Of a DNA stretch of 64,000 nucleotides, positions 20,660 to 29,711 are shown piece by piece; position 1 is the stretch's first letter; the number at the start of each line of letters is the position of its first letter. The stretch lies in sequence record MW349129.1; one strand, written 5' to 3'. Made by a program: the position numbers and the translations under genes. The notes under the pieces were generated by a model. The model searched no databases. It was not told where the DNA came from and saw only the letters and a program-made list of their open reading frames with translations.

Positions 20660-21610
20660 TTAGCTAAATGTTCCCCATGCTGGACCAATACGTTTACCGT
20701 TACCATTTGATTTACCTACTGGTACATAAACATATTGCCCTTTAAATTTACCTGAAACCCAAATGTATCCGTTAAAATCTTGGATTTCATCATATTTAAT
20801 AGTATCACCTTTAGACATACGAGGACCTTGAGGCCATCCAGTCCATGGACCATTTTTACGAGTAATAATTCCTACAGATACACCGCATTTGAAAGTAGCT
20901 TTTTCAGTTTTCCATAGAATACCTGCTGAATTACGTTTCCAAGTAGTTGAAGTTTCAGTACTTGTTTTCTTAGGTTTAGCAGGTGCTTTAGTTGTAGTAG
21001 TAGATTTAGTCGCTGTTGAAGTTTTAGCTGTAGAAGTAGCACCATTTTTCATATAAGCTAGAACCTTTTTATCTACATTAGAAACACTACGAGACATACC
21101 ACATGCCGCTAATAAGTTACCTGGATCTTGTTTGTCTGCTTGAATATCTTGATGACCTGGCATATTTGTACTTGCATTAACTTTATATTCTTTACATAAG
21201 AAAGCAAGAATACGACAATAGTTATCAAATGATTTTAATGAACGACTTCTATTAGAGAAGTAACATCCTTCAACACCAATAGCACCGTCATTAGCATCAA
21301 TACCATACCAAGCATTATCAGTTGGTGTATTGTACATAACATGCCATGCTTTTTCATCTAAAGGAACACAGATAATACATTCTTTATCATCAACAAAAAT
21401 ATGAGCTGATGCTGTATAGTTCCAATCAATATTATATGAATTACGATAGTAATCAACATTATTTTGAGCTGTTGTGTTAGGGTTTCCTGTGTCATGAGCA
21501 ACAATAAATTTAGGTCCGTTAAGCTTATCTCCAGCTCTACGAGTACCTATTGGTAAAAAATCAGTATAAACAGGAACACCGTTCCATGTACCGATATGTT
21601 TTTTAGCCAT
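20660..21610 (-). CDS. N-acetylmuramoyl-L-alanine amidase (Amidase_2) + SH3b
   Basis: IVAHDTGN, ASAHIFVD, EKAWHV, AIGVEGC and PGHQDIQADKQDPG; C-terminal SH3b nearly identical to that of the CHAP lysin. Confidence 0.92.
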   Translation of the reverse strand: MAKKHIGTWNGVPVYTDFLPIGTRRAGDKLNGPKFIVAHDTGNPNTTAQNNVDYYRNSYNIDWNYTASAHIFVDDKECIICVPLDEKAWHVMYNTPTDNAWYGIDANDGAIGVEGCYFSNRSRSLKSFDNYCRILAFLCKEYKVNASTNMPGHQDIQADKQDPGNLLAACGMSRSVSNVDKKVLAYMKNGATSTAKTSTATKSTTTTKAPAKPKKTSTETSTTWKRNSAGILWKTEKATFKCGVSVGIITRKNGPWTGWPQGPRMSKGDTIKYDEIQDFNGYIWVSGKFKGQYVYVPVGKSNGNGKRIGPAWGTFS

Positions 21611-21657
21611 AATTAAATTTTCCTCCTTGAATTTATTACTAATTAAAGTAATTTCTA

Positions 21658-21669
21658 TATTTAACTGTT
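21658..21669 (-). promoter_or_regulatory. late promoter AACA-N6-TA
   Basis: AACA-GTTAAA-TA, about 50 nt upstream of the amidase start. Confidence 0.65.
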
Positions 21670-21677
21670 CTATATTT

Positions 21678-24600
21678 TTAATACTTGATTTCTGTAGATA
21701 CGATTAATTTATTTTGGTATCTTCCACCTCTAGTGTAAACTTTACTATCAGTGTCACCTATATTAATACTATTTTCAGATCCATAAGCTATACATTCATC
21801 TAAGAATAAATTACCTCCTGATGAAGCTTGGAAGTCTTTTCCTTGATAACTTTCAAATGCGATACATCCTAAATTCCACGATTGTGTACCTTCATTTACA
21901 TCAGCTACATTACCTCCATCATTTCTTCCATATATACCATTTATTCTAATGATTTTTAAACCTTCATGAGTAGTTGATCCGTTATTTGATTTAACGCCAT
22001 TCAATCCTTTATCAGTTCCATTATCCATTCCTATACAATTAATTTCTATTATATTAGGTTTAGAACCATCGGCACCAATATGGTAATTTAAACCATCAAA
22101 ACTATTATAATTACCTTTACAACTATCAAGAATAATATTTTTTCCACCAACAATAGCAAGACCATTGTAACTTGAAGCAGAATGATAAAAATTACATTTC
22201 TTAAAGAATGCACTATTATTTGAAGTTAAATTCAATTCAACACAGTTTCTTCCACCATATATATTTAAATTTTCAAAATATATATTTGAAGCTAGACTTG
22301 TTAACTGTATATTTGAAGAAGATATTAAAGGTATTACATTACTATTTGAAGGTTTATTATCATTAATATTTGAATAAACTTTAGTACCATCAGTAAACCA
22401 TGAATTAGGCGTGCTTTCAACTTCATCAATACTATTTACTTTCTTTATATCAATACTATTATCTAGAGTTACAACTTTATCGGTAGCAGATCTACTAAAT
22501 TCATAAGTTCTATTTTTACCAGAAGTTAGTGTCCATGAAGGTTCATCAGCCATAACAATATTCACATTATTACCTGTACCTATTATATTAATACTCTTAT
22601 TAAATGCTTTTGTAATTAATGTACCACCGATTCTAAAATAGTTGCCATCAGCAACCATAATTGTATCATTATCATTGACTTTAGGTATTGCTACTTTAAA
22701 AGATTTAAATGGTTTTTCTTTAGATAAACCGTCATTGGAATCATTACCATTAACAGCATCTAAGTAGTAAGTAGTTCCTCCTGATAATCTATTAGTAGTT
22801 ATATCATATTTCACTCCAAAAGTACCCTTACCATCAGTAACTATTCTATCTTTTAGTATCTCATTTCCATAATTAAAATCTTTAGGTTTTCTAACTGTTA
22901 TTGGAAGAGTAGGAGCATAATTTCCATCAAGGCCAGGTAAACCTTGCAAACCTTGAGGTCCAATCTGACCTGTGTCACCTTTTAGACCTTTAATTATATT
23001 TTGTGATGTATCATTCTTCACAACTGTTATCTTATATGGTCTTTTTGTTGTTATGGGATCACTTGTATTATTCCATAATCTAAGTCTAACAGTATCTGTC
23101 GTTGTTATAAAACCATTATAAACTAATCCCACTTCTATACCAGATCCAGGAGAAACAATAACATTGTCTGAATTTGTAACACCTTGAATTGTAAAATTAA
23201 CATCTTTATAATTATTAGCAGGTACTACAACATCCACTGATTCTATTTTTTGTATTAAAGTATTGGAATTTGAAGAACTTTTAATATCTTCAAATTCAGT
23301 CCAATTGTTTGTTGTTGTATTCCATCTACGTTTATAGATACTATTACTATTATTTGGCATAAACAATTGATAGCTTAATCCCATGCTTTCTGATTTAACC
23401 GTCTGTAACTGTCCTGATGAGTTGTTTGGAAAACCTTGAGAATTCGAAGATACAATTGCAACCGTTGAAGTTGTTCTATCAGTAAACTCTGTTACAGGAG
23501 TATCAATACTTACGGTATTATATTTTAAAGTATAGTAATTCTTTTCTCCAAAGTTTGAATAAACTTTACCATCTCTATCCATCACATAATAATCTATATT
23601 TTGACTTCTTCTCGTATAGTCTCCTGTATCTATTAAATTACCTATATAATCTAATCCTTCTTCTAAATTCACTTCAATCATTTCTTGTTCTCTAGCATAA
23701 TCTATAATTTGTCTAATAATATTTAATTGATTTTCATCAAAAGATTCATATTGAGAATGAGATTTAAATATTATCCAACCTTTATTTATGATTGCTTCAT
23801 CTATTTTTTCTTTATATTGTTCAAAAGTTGTATATAGTGGTTCACCTAATGTGATACGATTAATTCTAAAAGTATCTAAAGGAGGTGTATTGATTCCTTC
23901 TTTAGTTCCAATATTAGCTCTATAATATTTTCTAGAAATTCTTCTTACAGAATCGGTATTTTCACCAAAAGGTTGGACAATAATATTGTATGTTAGACCT
24001 TCTCTTTTTAAAATATCTCTAGACAATCTTAACTCATCTTCTACTTCCTCATCCGTAAGTTGCTGAGCGTGCTTATGTTCATGAGTATGACTTACAAATT
24101 CAACGCCATATTTTTGATTCCAATCATGTATTTCATCCCATTGAAGAACTGTAGGTTCTTTATCATCAATCCACTTAGTAACTGTCGCTATTGTAAGTTT
24201 ATTTTTCTTTTCTTTCAATATAGGTTCCCATTTTGTTTTTAATTCATTTCTACCATCATCATCAATAAATGTAATTAAAGGTCTATTTTCTCCACTAGAA
24301 GTTATATTATGATTTGTAGATTTAAATTCTTTTTTTGAGAAGCTTTCTTTTAATGATTCTTTTATAACACTGTCTATTTCTTCAATATAATCATTTTTGA
24401 TATTTTCAATATCTTTATAAGTTTTATTATATTGATTATTCAATTCATTTTTAAAGTTATTTATTATATCATCAATATTTTTTATTTCTTCTTTTAAACT
24501 TGCAATCATATTTACACTGGAACTTAAACTTTCCATTTCTTCAGATAAACTCATAGTATTATTATAATCATTTTGAAATTTATCTTTTACTTTCTCAAAA

Positions 24601-25097
24601 TCATTTAAAAATGATTCAATTTGATTCAATTCTTCTTTAACTTCATTAAATGTATTTTCAATATTTTCTTTATTTTCTTGAATTTCTATCTTTTTATCTT
24701 CTAAATCATATTTAATTTTATCTAGATTGCTTAAATATTCATTTATTTCTTCTTCATTTATTGTTTTTTCTTTAAATGAATTAAGTTTTTCTTCTGTGTC
24801 TTTATTAATACTGTCAACATCTTTAGAAATTATTTTTATCTGTTTAAAAGCTTCATTAATTTGAAGATATTTTTGTTTTATAAAATCTTCAATAGAGAAG
24901 TAATCAGATATATCATATTTCCCATCTGAATTTAAATCAACATATTCATTTTTATTTACCTTTACATATTGAATATTCATTAAATCATAATAATCTAATG
25001 TATTTCTATCAACATAATAAGGTTTATTTATAGGTCCCATACCTTTACCCGGAATATAAGTTTTTTGAGGAACTATAATTAGTATACTATCTTCCAT
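21678..25097 (-). CDS. multidomain fibre/appendage protein: anchor motif, coiled coil, NodB-type polysaccharide deacetylase, fibre-knob segment, collagen repeat, beta-helix domain
   Basis: Deacetylase motifs LITFIDDDG, FVSHTHEH and QPFG; knob-like SIYKRRWN; collagen GLKGDTGQIGPQGLQGLPGLDG; pectin-lyase-like start YYLDAVNGNDSNDGLSKEKPFKS followed by beta-helix rungs. Confidence 0.75.
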   Translation of the reverse strand: MEDSILIIVPQKTYIPGKGMGPINKPYYVDRNTLDYYDLMNIQYVKVNKNEYVDLNSDGKYDISDYFSIEDFIKQKYLQINEAFKQIKIISKDVDSINKDTEEKLNSFKEKTINEEEINEYLSNLDKIKYDLEDKKIEIQENKENIENTFNEVKEELNQIESFLNDFEKVKDKFQNDYNNTMSLSEEMESLSSSVNMIASLKEEIKNIDDIINNFKNELNNQYNKTYKDIENIKNDYIEEIDSVIKESLKESFSKKEFKSTNHNITSSGENRPLITFIDDDGRNELKTKWEPILKEKKNKLTIATVTKWIDDKEPTVLQWDEIHDWNQKYGVEFVSHTHEHKHAQQLTDEEVEDELRLSRDILKREGLTYNIIVQPFGENTDSVRRISRKYYRANIGTKEGINTPPLDTFRINRITLGEPLYTTFEQYKEKIDEAIINKGWIIFKSHSQYESFDENQLNIIRQIIDYAREQEMIEVNLEEGLDYIGNLIDTGDYTRRSQNIDYYVMDRDGKVYSNFGEKNYYTLKYNTVSIDTPVTEFTDRTTSTVAIVSSNSQGFPNNSSGQLQTVKSESMGLSYQLFMPNNSNSIYKRRWNTTTNNWTEFEDIKSSSNSNTLIQKIESVDVVVPANNYKDVNFTIQGVTNSDNVIVSPGSGIEVGLVYNGFITTTDTVRLRLWNNTSDPITTKRPYKITVVKNDTSQNIIKGLKGDTGQIGPQGLQGLPGLDGNYAPTLPITVRKPKDFNYGNEILKDRIVTDGKGTFGVKYDITTNRLSGGTTYYLDAVNGNDSNDGLSKEKPFKSFKVAIPKVNDNDTIMVADGNYFRIGGTLITKAFNKSINIIGTGNNVNIVMADEPSWTLTSGKNRTYEFSRSATDKVVTLDNSIDIKKVNSIDEVESTPNSWFTDGTKVYSNINDNKPSNSNVIPLISSSNIQLTSLASNIYFENLNIYGGRNCVELNLTSNNSAFFKKCNFYHSASSYNGLAIVGGKNIILDSCKGNYNSFDGLNYHIGADGSKPNIIEINCIGMDNGTDKGLNGVKSNNGSTTHEGLKIIRINGIYGRNDGGNVADVNEGTQSWNLGCIAFESYQGKDFQASSGGNLFLDECIAYGSENSINIGDTDSKVYTRGGRYQNKLIVSTEIKY

Positions 25098-25135
25098 ACT
25101 ATATTTCCACTCCTTTAAATTTGATCTGTAAAATC

Positions 25136-25213
25136 CCCCTAATATATTTTTAAATCGATGATTATTCTATTCTTATAATTATTGGCTCATCGTTTAAAGT
25201 TATATATTAGGGG
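25136..25213. terminator. extended 78-nt hairpin between the head-protein gene and the fibre gene
   Basis: CCCCTAATATAT/ATATATTAGGGG outer stem plus TTTAAA and CGATGA/TCATCG inner stems. Confidence 0.55.
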
Positions 25214-25276
25214 AACTAATTTTAGTCGAAAAAACTAACGAAAATTAATTTTTATTATATAATAATGTTATAAATT

Positions 25277-27751
25277 TTAACCATTAATAATTTTAAAAAT
25301 ATTTTCGTTTAATAAATCTCTTTCTAATCTACTTTCTTCAGAAAGTTTTTCCATTAATTCTTCTTCTGTATATTCATCAAAAGATACAGAATTATATCCA
25401 TTAATAGAAATAGAAGATTCATTAACTTGAATTGATTTATTTACATTTAGATCATTAATGCTTTCTTCTAAGAATTTTTTAAGGCGTGTTTCATCTCTAT
25501 TAGGTACATTTTCATAGGCTTCAAACACTATATCTTCATAGTATTCTTCTAATGATTCTTCAAAACCTTCATAAAGTGAATCATCTTTATTTTTTAATTG
25601 GAAATTAATATCTTCTTCTAGCAATTCTAAATTAACTTCTTCAGATAATCTTTCTTTAACATCTTCGTTAACTTCATCTAAAGGATTAAGATAGTCTTCT
25701 AAAAGACCTGATTGAGCTTCATTATTAACACGTTGAATTGTATTCATATTAAATTCTTTTTCTAAGTTTTCTAAAGTTATTTCATTATCTGTATAGAATT
25801 CTTTAAGAACTTTATTTACTTTAGGTTCAACTACAATAACTTTCTTAAATCCTAAACCGAAATCAACTTTATCAACTAATAATGAAGAAGGATTATATAC
25901 TTTAGGAACTTCATCCATATAAGATTCTTTACTAATAACGATATCAACACGTTTACCTAAAGATTCAGATAAAGCATTTGTATATCTAATTAAGTCTTTA
26001 ATTGTGTAAGTTTCATTAACTTCTTCTTCATTAATAACTTTAGTTTTAAATTCAATATCAGTAGATCCACAATTTTCACATACTAATTCATCTTCATTAA
26101 CGTTAGGATCAACTGTTTCTTGAACTCCACATTCGTTACAAATTACTTCTCCAACTTCTTTAGAAGTTTTTAAAGCTTCTTCAAGTTCTCCATTACAATT
26201 TTCACATACTAATTCATTTGATTCATTCATTGTTAGATTGCTTCCACAATTTTCACAAACAGCTTTTCCATTTTCAATTTTACCAGTTTCACTTAAAATA
26301 CGTCTAACAGTTTCAATTGATTCATTAGTAACAAAAATTTGTTTTTCATTTTCATTCTCTAACTTAAATGTGTTTAATAGAGTTTCATGAATTTTCTCTG
26401 CATGATTTTTAAATGATTTAACTACAGCAAAATCAGAATCTTCTCTCATATATACATATGGGAAAGCTTGATTGTTTTTATCATCAACATAATTTTCATT
26501 AGCAATTATATTTTGTTTTTCAGTATTAACTTCTTTAGATTCTGGAGTACCTATAGCATATCCTACTTCAGCAGAAGTATCTAAAATTCCATTTTTTAAA
26601 TCTACAAAAGTAAATTCAGGGGCTGGATCTTTATCGTATAAATAAGTTTCAGTAACTGCTCCTCCAACACTTGGAGAACTATTTGCAGCAGATAAACCTC
26701 CATCACTAACAGAACCAACATTTGTATTTGCATTAGAAGTACTTACTGAATAAGTTGCATGTGGACCAAAAGTAGTAGGAACCATCATTTGAGAGTCTAA
26801 GAATTTAGCTCTTAATTCAGAATATCCTGGTTGTTTCTTATCTTCATCATCGTCTTCTTTTTCATCTTCGAATAAGTAATCTTCTTCAATAGAAATTTCA
26901 GGATCTGAGTTAGCTACATCAGTAACGATAACTTCATCTTTATCGGCCACAATTGGTTGATCATAATCAGGATGATCTGAATCAATTACTTGAACGTCAT
27001 CTTCATCTTCAGCATCTTCAATTTCATCAAGGTCATCAGATTCCTCATCATCAATTTCTTCTTCATCTTCATTAATTATTTCGTTAAACATTTCTTCTAA
27101 TTCTTCATCATCTTCAGGAATGTCACGTTTTAATTCTTCATTCTCATCATCATTTAAATCATCTTCAAATAACAACATATCATTTTCAATATCTTCTTCT
27201 ATGATATTTTTCTTAACTAATAATGAATGAATTTTATCACTAGCTTTTTCTTTTTTAGAATCACTTACATTTTGTTTACTTAAAGCTTTTCCTTTTTTGA
27301 ATTTACCTGGTATACCTTTAATCTTATCAAAGCTTTTTACTAATATTCCCTTAACAGATTCATTAATATTTTCAATATCTTCATTGATCTCAGCTTTAGC
27401 ATTAATAATATCTTGGATTGTATATTCAGACATTTTTAAATTAAATAATTGATTATTTATTTGTTCTAATGTAAAATTAGTGGCTGCTAAGAAGTAATCA
27501 TCAATTAAATCAAATGCTTCTTTATCACTACGAAATTTTTTAAGTGCGAAATTTATGTCTATAGCCTCTGCCTCACTATTAATGAAAAATACAGCGGCTT
27601 TTAATTTCTTTTTATCCATATAGAATAATGGACCTTGTACTAACTCATATCCTTCTTTTCTTAAATTAAAACTATAAGGTAAAACAGCATCTATTAATTT
27701 CTTATTAAATTTATCTAATAAATTTCCAGCTTCTTTACTTAATTGTTGCAT
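25277..27751 (-). CDS. acidic internal head/scaffold-like protein with Zn-ribbons
   Basis: Very acidic, with many I/L-N-E and L-x-E sites typical of prohead-protease substrates; four CxxC pairs (CENCG...CENCN, CNECG...CENCG). Confidence 0.5.
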   Translation of the reverse strand: MQQLSKEAGNLLDKFNKKLIDAVLPYSFNLRKEGYELVQGPLFYMDKKKLKAAVFFINSEAEAIDINFALKKFRSDKEAFDLIDDYFLAATNFTLEQINNQLFNLKMSEYTIQDIINAKAEINEDIENINESVKGILVKSFDKIKGIPGKFKKGKALSKQNVSDSKKEKASDKIHSLLVKKNIIEEDIENDMLLFEDDLNDDENEELKRDIPEDDEELEEMFNEIINEDEEEIDDEESDDLDEIEDAEDEDDVQVIDSDHPDYDQPIVADKDEVIVTDVANSDPEISIEEDYLFEDEKEDDDEDKKQPGYSELRAKFLDSQMMVPTTFGPHATYSVSTSNANTNVGSVSDGGLSAANSSPSVGGAVTETYLYDKDPAPEFTFVDLKNGILDTSAEVGYAIGTPESKEVNTEKQNIIANENYVDDKNNQAFPYVYMREDSDFAVVKSFKNHAEKIHETLLNTFKLENENEKQIFVTNESIETVRRILSETGKIENGKAVCENCGSNLTMNESNELVCENCNGELEEALKTSKEVGEVICNECGVQETVDPNVNEDELVCENCGSTDIEFKTKVINEEEVNETYTIKDLIRYTNALSESLGKRVDIVISKESYMDEVPKVYNPSSLLVDKVDFGLGFKKVIVVEPKVNKVLKEFYTDNEITLENLEKEFNMNTIQRVNNEAQSGLLEDYLNPLDEVNEDVKERLSEEVNLELLEEDINFQLKNKDDSLYEGFEESLEEYYEDIVFEAYENVPNRDETRLKKFLEESINDLNVNKSIQVNESSISINGYNSVSFDEYTEEELMEKLSEESRLERDLLNENIFKIING

Positions 27752-27773
27752 TAATGTTCAATCCTTTCAAATT

Positions 27774-29042
27774 TTATTTTCTAAAAGTTCCTTCAATACT
27801 ATCTTTGATAATAAATAATATACACGGAAGTAATACATAATCTTCCATATTCATATCGTATTTATCATCATAGTAATTAAATACTTTACTTAATATTTTT
27901 TCTTCTATCTTTTCATCATTCATATACATTGAGATTAATTTATATCTATCATCAAAGTAAGTTAAACTTTTAGTGCCTTGATAGTCTTCATTAACTTCAT
28001 TAATCTTAGTTAAATTACTCAATTCTATAAAACCGTTTAATCCATTTAATACTTCAGTGTCTTCTATACTTTTATGAACGAAGCTTATTTCTTTATACTT
28101 CTCTCTAAACATTTTTAAGAAATTATCCTTAGTGTCATTAAGAGTAATAACATTAGGTAAAGTCTTTTTATCTTTTAATTTTTCATATAGAGAGAATTTA
28201 TAATTCTTTTGATTTATTCTTTCATTCTTAGGATTTTTATCTTTATAAGGTAATATATTAGAAAGATAAGTACTGGATTTTACTAATAGATTATTATCAT
28301 AAATAAATCTAGATAAATTCAAGTCAATATATTTAGTTGATGCAACTGCACTAAATTCATCTTCATAGTAAATAAAAGTATTTAATGAAGAATTATAGAA
28401 ATGATCAATAAATATTTGTGAAAACTCATCAGCGTATTTAATACTATGATTAACTTGATAGAAATCTTCTTCTAATATCAATGATTTATTATCTGTTCCA
28501 ATATTGGAAAATACTGTTCTATATACGTTTGATACTTGATTTTCAATATCCTCTGTATTAACATTAAAATTCTGATATTGTATTTTATAGTAAGCTGAAT
28601 TCTCTAATGAACTCATTTCCACATTAGTTACACGATATATTCTACTGGTTGCATTTTCTTTAGATTGATACTGAAATACAATAAAATCATCTGGTAAAGG
28701 TTCAATAGTGCCTGGTAATATAACCGCTTCAGATTCTAAATCTTTTTCAGTTCCCCATTCTTCATCCCATTCAACGGTAGGATTCATTTCAGCTACGTTA
28801 TACAAAGGGAAATCTTTTAATTTATTATATTTCAAAGGAGAATTATCTCCAATAATTTCTTCAACATTATCTAGCGAACGATCAGAAGTAGATTTCTCAT
28901 GATCTTTACTATAGTATGTAACAAAACTAGGAGCACCTGCTTGAAACTTACTATATTTTTCTGTACCGGATAAATATGAGGATACGTAACTATTTACAAT
29001 ATCTTTTGGTTGTAATTCATCATTCGATATAAATGTACCCAT
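27774..29042 (-). CDS. virion structural protein, probably neck/head-closure type
   Basis: Late promoter and structural context. FVTYY, EAVILPGTIEPLPDDFIVF and YRVTNVE recall head-closure beta-barrel proteins. Confidence 0.45.
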   Translation of the reverse strand: MGTFISNDELQPKDIVNSYVSSYLSGTEKYSKFQAGAPSFVTYYSKDHEKSTSDRSLDNVEEIIGDNSPLKYNKLKDFPLYNVAEMNPTVEWDEEWGTEKDLESEAVILPGTIEPLPDDFIVFQYQSKENATSRIYRVTNVEMSSLENSAYYKIQYQNFNVNTEDIENQVSNVYRTVFSNIGTDNKSLILEEDFYQVNHSIKYADEFSQIFIDHFYNSSLNTFIYYEDEFSAVASTKYIDLNLSRFIYDNNLLVKSSTYLSNILPYKDKNPKNERINQKNYKFSLYEKLKDKKTLPNVITLNDTKDNFLKMFREKYKEISFVHKSIEDTEVLNGLNGFIELSNLTKINEVNEDYQGTKSLTYFDDRYKLISMYMNDEKIEEKILSKVFNYYDDKYDMNMEDYVLLPCILFIIKDSIEGTFRK

Positions 29043-29081
29043 ATATTCTCATTATCCTCACTTTCTTTATTAATTTTCGTA

Positions 29082-29093
29082 TATGGTATTGTT
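29082..29093 (-). promoter_or_regulatory. late promoter AACA-N6-TA
   Basis: AACA-ATACCA-TA, 40 nt upstream of the 29042 start. Confidence 0.65.
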
Positions 29094-29120
29094 ATCTTTG
29101 ATTTTTGTTTTAATATAATA

Positions 29121-29153
29121 ATCCCAATACCTATTGAATTAAGGTATTGGGAT
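29121..29153. terminator. hairpin terminator (second repeated family)
   Basis: ATCCCAATACCT / AGGTATTGGGAT; the same arms recur at 57049-57080. Confidence 0.75.
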
Positions 29154-29161
29154 ATTTAAAA

Positions 29162-29671
29162 TTAAAGACCGAATTCTTTATCTAAAGATTCTTCTAAAGA
29201 ACTAATTTCTTCATTAGTTTGTTCTTCTTCTTTAACAGCTTCAAATAAGCTAAATAAAGCTTCTTCAACAGGACTTACAACTGAATCAATTTTATTTTCC
29301 ATAGCTTCATTTAATTTAGTAGGTAATTTTTTGAAAAGTGCAATATATTTCTTTTCATTATTTCTAGCCCAAGCTTCTGCTTTTTTAGGACTTTGGAAAG
29401 CACATACTCGAATAAAACGATTTAAAATAGATGTTTTACCTTTAGTATCAATTACTCTGTAAGTAAATACAACTGTTCCATCTTCATGTGCATCTAAAGC
29501 AAATTCATTTTCATCAAATTTTTTACCTTTAGCGATAACTTTAGCTTTCTTTTTAGTAGCACGTGCTATGAATTTTTCCTCTGTATCTTTATCAGAAGGG
29601 TTTACCATTTTTCTTAATGTATCCTTCACATTAGCTTCATTTAATAATGTTTCTTGTAAAAAATCTTCCAT
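29162..29671 (-). CDS. putative internal head protein (paralog of the C-terminal domain of the 29712..30740 protein)
   Basis: Propeptide-like MEDFLQETLLNEA. KAEAWARNNEKKYIALFKKLP resembles EAQKWAQSNGNKFVSIFKKAP in the neighbour. Ends LEESLDKEFGL. Confidence 0.55.
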   Translation of the reverse strand: MEDFLQETLLNEANVKDTLRKMVNPSDKDTEEKFIARATKKKAKVIAKGKKFDENEFALDAHEDGTVVFTYRVIDTKGKTSILNRFIRVCAFQSPKKAEAWARNNEKKYIALFKKLPTKLNEAMENKIDSVVSPVEEALFSLFEAVKEEEQTNEEISSLEESLDKEFGL

Positions 29672-29711
29672 AATTATAATTCCTACTTTCGTAATTTTTT
29701 TTATATATTAT

